The notes under the pieces were generated by a model, which was given only the letters and a program-made list of their open reading frames with translations, had not been told where the DNA came from and made no database searches. This document shows positions 53,292 to 61,900 of a stretch of DNA of 64,000 nt, one piece after another. Origin of the DNA: a virus; IMG/VR virus record IMGVR_UViG_3300036886_000043, positions 1-64,000 of that record; one strand, written 5' to 3'. Position numbers and translations under genes: made by a program. Position 1 is the first letter of the stretch. Each line of letters starts with the position of its first letter.

Positions 53292-53849
53292 TTGAGCAAG
53301 CCAACAGGCGAGGACCAGCAACTTCAGGCCAGTCAGGCGAATCTTGCCGACGTAATGAGTGCAACCGGCAAGCAATCGGCCCAAGAGGGTGCAACTCTCT
53401 TCAATCTCGGTCTGCCTGGATTAGAGAAGTCGGAATCGTATTATGGCAAACTGGCCAGCGGCGACCCGAACGCATTGGCAAGGGCAAACGCGCCAGCTAT
53501 CCAGTCGATTACCGGACAATCCGATCAACAACTCAAAAACATCATGCAGAACTCCCCGAGGGGGGGAGCGCGAGACCTTGCGGCCTCGGAAGCGGATTTG
53601 TCTAAGGGCGCTGGTATCAGCAACCTTACGACAGGCTCGTACACAAATGCCTTTCCGTCCCTCGCCAGCCTTGGAGGGCAGAACGTGGGGCAGGGGAATC
53701 AGGCTACGTCCACGGGCATTTCTGGTATGAATGCCGCGGCTAACCAGTACGGACAGTTGCAGCAGTTGAATAACGAGCAGAAGGCGACTCAGCTTGGTCT
53801 GTTCTCGTCCTTGGCCGGAGCCGGTGCATCGGCAGCGGGGGCGATGTGA
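53292..53849 (+). CDS. Probable internal virion/ejection protein
   Basis: Ala/Gly/Gln/Ser-rich, C-terminal GLFSSLAGAG. Confidence 0.6.
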   Translation: MSKPTGEDQQLQASQANLADVMSATGKQSAQEGATLFNLGLPGLEKSESYYGKLASGDPNALARANAPAIQSITGQSDQQLKNIMQNSPRGGARDLAASEADLSKGAGISNLTTGSYTNAFPSLASLGGQNVGQGNQATSTGISGMNAAANQYGQLQQLNNEQKATQLGLFSSLAGAGASAAGAM

Positions 53850-53850
53850 T

Positions 53851-55911
53851 ATGCCAGTAAACGCCGATCAGTTCGCAGTGACCCCGTACACCTCGACGGT
53901 GCCTCTTCTCCAGATCCCGCCAGGGGCGATAGAGCAGCAGAGCCGACCGGCGCAGCCGCTACAGGGGCAATTTGGCCGGAAGGGGACCGGCGCTCTTGCA
54001 ATCGGGGACTCTCTACTCAAGGGGTTTATGCTCGGCCACGAACAGAAGGAGCAGAGGAAAAACGAGCAGGCCAAGGCGACAATCAACGCGGCCGATGCCG
54101 CAAGCGAAGCGGCCTACCGGGCATACCAGGATGCGCTTACGAAGGTTGGAGGCAAGCAGGACGATCCGGCGGCTCAGTCTGCGTATGAGGCGTATAAGGC
54201 TACCTTTAATGCCGGAAAGCAGGCCAAGGCGCAGTTTGTCATTCCAGAGAAGGGGCAGAAGGGGAAGAAGAGTTCTTCAGATAGTGTTGGCTCAACGGGA
54301 ACTGGCGGCAAAGGCGGCAAAGACAAGAAACAGGCCAGTGCGGGCTTCAACAATATCAGGGAATTCTTTGAGGCGAACCCTCATATCGTTCCTCAGATTG
54401 CATTGATGACTATGCAGCCAAAGCCGCAGGGGCTTGAGCCGCAGCGTCAAGTCCAAAGTTTGGAATTGGATACAGCCCAGCGCCAGAACAACGACTTGAA
54501 GCAAAAAGATTCTGACCGAAACATGATCGCCATGTACGGCAAGCTGACCCCAGAGGAGATAGCCAAACTACCGGCAGACGTACAAAAGCAGATCAATGAC
54601 CCGCAGAATGGTCTTAAAGTTGCTCAGTCCCGGTATGCGATGGAGGCTCCTCAGAAGGGCAAGGACCGCATCTGGACGAACGGAAAGGGAGATTTTAGCT
54701 CTCTTCCTGAAGGGGAAGCTCCTCCAGTTAATTCTGGATACTACCCGTATGAGAAGACTCCAGCAAACGGCCCGAAGGGCGAGGAAGCGTTCGTTGCCGA
54801 ATATGCCACGAAGAACAATATCAGTCCTGCTTCGATGGACCCGGCAACCCGGAAGTACCTGCACGATGTTTGGACGTATCGGAACCCGCAGACGACTTCA
54901 TCGGTAAGCGGGGCTACGGTTGATGCGCAAGGAAACCGCACCGCTACGAACAGGTCTACTCGTGGCTCTGCCGAGCCTAGACCGCCATCGGGTGTGGCTC
55001 CTGTTAGCGGGATGGGCATACAGCCTCCACCGGGGGCAGCAGCGGCCCCTACAGCCCAAGGAGTACCACCCACAGCGCCTCAAGGATCGACTCAGTACAC
55101 GGTTGGAGAGAAGCCGCAAGGAATTGTCGAGGAAGGCAACCTACCGATTTGGAATCGTCCTACGGTACAGAATTCCGATGGTAAGCACAGCACTGAATAT
55201 TCGACATCGATGGAGGAGGACGGTAAAGAGGTTCTTGTCCCAACGGTGGTCAACGGGAAGTTTCTTACTCCAGACGGAAAGAAACCGAAAGAAGGTTCTC
55301 CGGAAGAGAAAGCCATGTTCAAGTCAGCATGGCAGCACTATAAGGACACCGGAGAAAATCTCGGAAAGTTCAAGAGCGCAAAGGATGCCAATGCATACGC
55401 GGACACTTTGCATAATCGGGGATCGGCAAAGTCTGATTCAAGGGGAGGTATCCCCCATCCTCCAACAGTGAAGTCGGCCTCTAGCGGGCAAGGAATTACT
55501 CGTCCTCCGCAGGCTGGAAAGACCGCAAAGGCTGGAATGACACCGCCGCCAAGAGGCAAGGAAACGGCCCTCACGGCTTCAGTGACCCGGCAGGCAGTCA
55601 AGGCTCAGCAGGAAGGCTACCGGAAGGCGGAAGCACAGTACACGAAGGATATTGCCGACGCGGACAAGGCATTTGCGACGATTCAGGAGAATGCTTCCAA
55701 GAACACCGATCCGACGATTCTCCAAGCCGCCCAACAGGCCAAGGATGCAGCCTACGCCAGAGCAAAAACCTTTCTTGAAGGAGCAAAGGCCAGTGTTGCA
55801 GAGGAGTACGATGCTGCCGTAAAGTCGATTAGGGGGACGCCGGGAGGCCAATCTGGAGGAACGGCGGGAGGGCAGCAACCGAGCGGTAATTTACCTCCAG
55901 GGTGGCAATGA
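53851..55911 (+). CDS. Probable internal virion/ejection protein
   Basis: 686 aa, low complexity, one globular insert at about 55120-55420. Confidence 0.65.
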   Translation: MPVNADQFAVTPYTSTVPLLQIPPGAIEQQSRPAQPLQGQFGRKGTGALAIGDSLLKGFMLGHEQKEQRKNEQAKATINAADAASEAAYRAYQDALTKVGGKQDDPAAQSAYEAYKATFNAGKQAKAQFVIPEKGQKGKKSSSDSVGSTGTGGKGGKDKKQASAGFNNIREFFEANPHIVPQIALMTMQPKPQGLEPQRQVQSLELDTAQRQNNDLKQKDSDRNMIAMYGKLTPEEIAKLPADVQKQINDPQNGLKVAQSRYAMEAPQKGKDRIWTNGKGDFSSLPEGEAPPVNSGYYPYEKTPANGPKGEEAFVAEYATKNNISPASMDPATRKYLHDVWTYRNPQTTSSVSGATVDAQGNRTATNRSTRGSAEPRPPSGVAPVSGMGIQPPPGAAAAPTAQGVPPTAPQGSTQYTVGEKPQGIVEEGNLPIWNRPTVQNSDGKHSTEYSTSMEEDGKEVLVPTVVNGKFLTPDGKKPKEGSPEEKAMFKSAWQHYKDTGENLGKFKSAKDANAYADTLHNRGSAKSDSRGGIPHPPTVKSASSGQGITRPPQAGKTAKAGMTPPPRGKETALTASVTRQAVKAQQEGYRKAEAQYTKDIADADKAFATIQENASKNTDPTILQAAQQAKDAAYARAKTFLEGAKASVAEEYDAAVKSIRGTPGGQSGGTAGGQQPSGNLPPGWQ

Positions 55912-55914
55912 TAA

Positions 55915-58900
55915 ATGGCAGACCAACAGACTTGGAATCCAGTACCGGAACTCAAGCAGAAGTATCCGGGCTTGAAGGACTGGTCGGATGAGAAAATCTA
56001 CAATAATTTGTCGGACCCGAATAAGTTTCGGTCTGCTTTCCCGCAGTACGCCAATCTTGGCGACGATGTAATCAAGCGGAACATTGACCATCTGAAGCCC
56101 TCAATCCAACCACAGGCCGCGCCAGCGAATGTACAGGCTCCGGTTATGCCTTCAAAGGCGCCTGAGCAACGCCCACCGGATGAATTGAGGGCATGGACTC
56201 CCACTCCGCTTCAAGAAGCGTCTATCTGGTTTCGCAACACTCAGACCGGCAAGACTCTGGCGAATTCTTTTAACGATATTCGCCAAATGGCAAGCAGCGC
56301 GTGGACTAAAGCTCAAGAGCCGTTCGGCGGTGATCCTGAAGATGTTGAAAACTTGCGTAAGAAGCAAAACCAGTTCATTGATGACTATTTTCCAGAGAGT
56401 ATTGCGGGAAGCAAAAAAGTCGCCTCTGCTGTAAGAGGAGGAGCTAAAGGGGCGCTCCAGTTTGGAGAAGAGCTGACCTCTCCGGTCCAGATCGGATTGA
56501 TGGTCGGGACGTTTGGCGAGAGTGCTCTTGCTCGGACTGCGGCTTCGATGGGACTACCGAAGTTGGTCCCAGCGGCTCGGGTAATGGGAAAGCTAATTCA
56601 GGCTCAGTTCATCTCTCAGATGGTCGAAGGTGGATACACGAGCATTCGTGATTCCGTGAAGACCTATATTAGCGGGGATTGGGACACGGCGACACAGCAG
56701 GCGGTAGTCGGATTGGGTAGCCTACTGATGGCAAGGGCTGGCATCAGCCACGCTGAGGCTACAGAGAAAATACACGCCGACTTGGACAAGACCGCTGTCG
56801 AAAAGCACGGCCAGAAATTCAATAAGCTCTCTCCAGAAAATCAAGGTCTGGTTATCGAAGAAACTGTCAATCGTTCGCCAGAGTACAAGGCGATGATGGA
56901 GACGGTTGACGCCAAGAACGCCGAAGTCGCAGACAGCATTCAGAAAAAGCGGCAGATGCAAGTTGCACGCTACTCTGGAATCGCATGGGATCAGGCGTGG
57001 AATCCAGATGCCGCGCATCGGGCGGTAGATGCTCTCCACGCGGAACGCGCTGAAACTGCGAGGAAGGAACAAGTACAAAAAGTCGTCGGAACAATCAGGG
57101 CCAGGGTCAAGCAGCGCACCGACGAGATCAAAGCGGAAAACGAGGAACGTCTGGCCGCTGCCCGTGAGGGTCGCGAAGAGAAGCGCAAGGCCGCGGCTGA
57201 GGATCGTGAATCCGTACAGCAAACCGCAGAGGAAATCATCAAAGGCAGAGATGAGACCTTCGCTGGACGACAGGCAATCGGTGAAATCCCAACTGAAGAG
57301 GAAATGTCGCGCCCAGTCGAGGCCGCAGTTGACAACTCAGGCCACGTCAGCTACCCGGTCCAATACTGGGGAGAGGAAAACAGGTTCGGAGTCGGAACTG
57401 ACGGAGAGAGGCATTCGGTTTACCGTCAGACTCCACGCGGAGTCGAGTGGCTGGACCGCAGCGGCAATTTCACTGAAACTCCAGAGGCGCTTTACTTCAA
57501 TACCGACGACAAGACTTCAGATACAGTTGCAAGACTCTCTTCGCTGAAACTTGAGTCCGACGGCGTAGCAGCGCAGCCGGAAGCTACTGCCGAGCAAGTT
57601 AAGGACGCTGAGACGCTGGGCGAGATTCGCCGGCAGTTGATTGAAGGGGAGATCAACGCAGCCGAAGCGCAGAAACGCGCCGGCATCGCAGAGAAGACTA
57701 CTCTTCCAGACGTGTATGCGGCGGCTCGGGAAGGCCGTCTCAGTGGACCCTTCAGTGAGAAGTCTGCAACGGATTACGAACATGAAGTTGTGTTGGAACT
57801 ACTCAACAACGGCGCCAGCGAAGAAGAAGTCCAGGCGACACTTGAAAGCCTGCCAGCACTCGCAAGGGTGGACATCGAAAGAAACCTTCATCACGTCTAC
57901 CAGCCGGGAGACTATATCATCTCGAAGCGTGACGTGAAGTGGACACTTGACGCAAAAGGCTTGTTGCATCCTTCGGATGGTGGAATATCTGTACCTTTAA
58001 TGAAGCGGGGAACGTACTCGAATCAAGCTATGCAACTTGCGGCTTCGGGCAGGGTTGGGTATGGTACGAAGACCCGGCTGGAGCGGAGAGCCGACTTCTC
58101 AAGAAACCGCGACATCAAGAGGCAAATCGCAGTCCGGCAAGAAGAGTTTGACCGGGAGATGCGGGTTGCTCAACAGAACGCCGGCCTGGAAGCAATTCCA
58201 CAGGAAGGCGACGTTCACTACGAAGGGGAGCGTGAAGAACGCCGCAAGCAGTTCCTTGGCAGACCTCCGGTTCCCGAGGAAACTCACAAGGCAAGAGTAG
58301 AACGCAGGGCGGCTTACAAAGCCTCGAACGATCCAAACAACATCATCAACCAACTGGCAAAGCAGTTTGGAGTGACACCGGATGAAGTGATGCGGATTGG
58401 ACTGTCTGAGAGGACTCCGACCATCGAGGCAAAGGTGGCTTCGCTTGAAGTCGGGGACAGGGTTTCAGATCCATTCAGGCCGGACAGACCTTGGATTGTC
58501 GAGGAGAAGAATGGCCAAACCTACCTGCGGTCTGGACAGGCCAACCCGATTCCGTTTGACAGGCTGAATCCGAGCCCTCGCGTTTTCCAAATTTTGGAAA
58601 AAGGCGACATCACGCATGACCGCGACTGGACCGCAGAGGAGAAGGAAAAAGTCGCGTTTGAGAAACCGTACCTGGTTCACCAAAGATTCCTCGTAGATGG
58701 CGTTCGGGACCGGATGGAGGGCAAAGTCGTTGACCCAGAGCCGAAGACACAGGTGCAGGCCGAAACGCAGGCGGCCGCGGCAGAGAGCCGGAAAGCCGCA
58801 GCCCACTCAGTGGCAGTGGAAGCCGCGGAGAAGGCCACAAATCCAGAGATTGCCCATGACGACACTCCAGAGAAGGCAGTAGCCAAGGCAGAAGAACTCG

Positions 58901-61900
58901 CAAGGAAGGCCGAAGACGCGAAGAAGGTAGCGAAGGAAGCTGTAGCTCAATCCGCGGAAGCAAAGGCTAAAACTGGACCGAAGGGGAACTTCCCGCAGCG
59001 TTATGTCCCAAATTATCCTCTTGGGAAACCGACGACTATAGATCAAAATGGCCGTCAGTTAAAAGCGCACTATCGTCTTGTTCCAGTGGGGGCGGTAATC
59101 ATTTCGCATACTTGGAAGGGTGACACATTGGTGCGGACGCCGGAGAATGAATATCCGAAGGTCTTGCAGCCAAGGGAGCCAAACGAAAGAACGATTCTCC
59201 AAAGACGCATCGACGCGCAGCGGTTTTCTCGATCTGAAGATGGAAGAATTTCTGGTTACAACTTCGACAAGTACGCAAACAAGACGATTGATGCTATGTC
59301 GGGGCCGACAGTAGTTGAGCATGGTCTCCGGTCGGTAGCTGGTACGGGTAGATTCCAGCGGTTCCTGATGCACATTCAAGTTCTCAAAGAGATACCAGAC
59401 GTTGAAGAGAGGGAGGGCGCCCTTGCCGTCCTGAAGGAAAGGTTAGTTAAACTCGCCGAAGATTCAGGATTTAGGGTTTATCCAGAGGACGGACAATTTC
59501 ACATTGTTGTTAGAGAATTAGACGATCCAATTCAGACAATGGAAGAGGCAACCAAACTCGGACTTCTCTTTAACGAATCAGAAGCCGACAACATCAGCGA
59601 CTCACAGAAAGGATTGGTCTACAGCCGCAGTTTCGATCAGGATGTAATCAACAAAATCGGTCGCATGGTGGAAGGCTCTGAAGGCGGAATGAACGCGGCC
59701 ATGCGTGACAATCCTCTCTTCTTCGCGGAGGTTGTCGCGTCGAGATTCGATATTCCGGTATCGCAGGCGTCCGCATGGTTCGTGAAAGATAAGATGGGCA
59801 ACGACGTTCTTACTGAAGAGGGAGAACGTCTGTTCCGCAGAGCCATGAACGGGTACGTCATACAAGACCCGGACTTACTGGCCGGCGTGGAGAATGAGGT
59901 TGCTTACAGGGCTTTTGAGAATGCCATCGGGTACATCTCGCGGCTGAAGGCGTTCCCCGAGTTGGACCTTACCGGAAAGATCAAGGAGTCTCTCGAAGCG
60001 GCGCGGTTGACAGGGAGCGTCAATCGGGATTTGGCGGCAAGCGGCGATCCTTGGGATGCGGTCTATCAGCCGAGCCAGATTGACTTGGCTGGAATGGAAG
60101 AAGAACCGCCGCCGGAACCGGATCGAATGACGGAGACTTTATGGAGATCACTCAATGCCTCTAAGGTGGCGGCTCCCCGCGTATTCAGCGACCGGATGAA
60201 GCGGTGGATTTCAGATGAAGATACTCAGGCCGGTATGTTTGATTCAACAGAGAAGGCGCTGGAGAAACCAGTTGACAAGTTCAACAGGGTATTCGCTCCA
60301 GAGTTGAAGCAAGTCGCTCTACGGCGCAATAAGGGGACGCCCAGAGAGGGAACACCGGACGGATGGATGCTTTCTCAGACCGAGTACGATGCGGCTATGC
60401 AGGGCCGTGAAGTGAGCGACGAAGAGAGGGTAGAGGAGAAGCCGGAAGCGACTCCAAAATTCGAGCACATGGATCTCGTGACGGTAGTTCGTGGGCCTGG
60501 AGATTTGACCACGAACGTACCGGGATGGGTCTCCGATGTCCTTCCAGACGGAAGATTGAAAGTTGTCCCCGACAGTAAACTTCACGGCGGAATGATGACC
60601 GTTCCGGCTGAGTGGGTCGTTAAGAGGGAAGAGACTCCAAAATTTGGACCTCCGCCCAAGGCCGCATCCACCGTTGAAGTTGGGAAGCGTGTTACGTTCA
60701 CCCCGACAAACTTTAATCACAATGAAATAGTCGGCGTAGTGCGAGATACCATTACCAGTACGTCTGGAGCCAAAGGCTATCAAATTGTCGATGATGCAGG
60801 CATCGAGCATAGGGTGTGGGAGAAAGATGGGACAATCGGCGCAGAGACGAAGGCGGTAGATCAAAAAGCGATCAACGGTCTCAATGACGAAGAAAGAAGT
60901 TTGCGGAAGCGGCAGGCGGTTTTGGAGGCCCAAGTCAAGAAGCCTTCTGGAATGATTCCTCCAGCTATTACGTCCGAACTAAACGTCAAGCGTAGCGCCG
61001 AGTTACATGATATTCAGAAGCGCCTCGATGCGATTATCGATGAACGGCGAAAGTTAATGAAGGGCGGCATCAAACCCCCGCCCGAGGCCGCATCTCCAGC
61101 GGTTGTCGCAGACCGCAAGATAGCAGCAGAGAAGACAGAGCAGGGGTACATCACCCCTCACACCTTTAAGGAAATGTTGAATGCTTTCCCGGTAACCAAG
61201 GAGAATGCTGGAACTATATACGACACTGCTAAGGCTTTGGCGGCAGCGAGATGGGAGCGCCGCAAACCGGAGGGAGTGGAGCATAAAGACGCCCTAGCAT
61301 GGGTATTGAAAGAAATTGGCTTCAAGGGTATCGAAAAGGGAGACGACCCTCGTCATCGCGGGGAATATGACTTTGCGACCGGGGTTATGCGGCTAAACAA
61401 AGCCGCAGACAAAACGACGGCTATTCACGAGTTCATCCATGCAATTTCTCCCCTTCTCGACGAAGAGGAGTGGGAACAAATCGATACAATCAAGGTCAAT
61501 AAGGCTGCTTACAAGAGGGAATACGGAAAAGATTGGGCCTACACAGGTCAAAACGAAAGGATGGAAAAACTGGCTTATGGAAGCGAGAAATTCTTTCGTG
61601 ACGAAAATGCGGTGGACTTTCAGCCAGGATTTGAACTGCGGAAAGTCCTCAAAGACATCAAAGAAATGTTCATCTCCGTCTATCGTAAACTGCAAAGTGA
61701 TCCTCTATCTCCGTTCAAACTCAGCGACGACTTCAGGCAGTGGATGGCAGACAACCTCGGAATTACCGGCTTCGATGTCGCGGACGATTGGCGTGAGGAA
61801 GTTAAGAAGGCCAGAGCAGCAGAGAAAAAGATTGTTAGGCCGGAAGAGCAGCCGCATCCCGTGGTCACATTGGCAAGAGAGCTTGGAGGAACGGGACTAA

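Larger units (their letters stand above)
536..60649. repeat. Dispersed 15-bp palindrome TTCCAAANTTTGGAA, 20 copies
   Basis: Starts at 536, 2670, 3660, 6703, 12452, 13955, 14227, 20798, 28403, 30609, 33689, 35120, 40529, 42307, 45154, 47260, 52153, 54451, 58585, 60635. Confidence 0.9.

Noticed and set aside
536-60649. Palindrome copies or the tRNA array as a CRISPR array
   Set aside because: No regular repeat-spacer periodicity and no cas genes.
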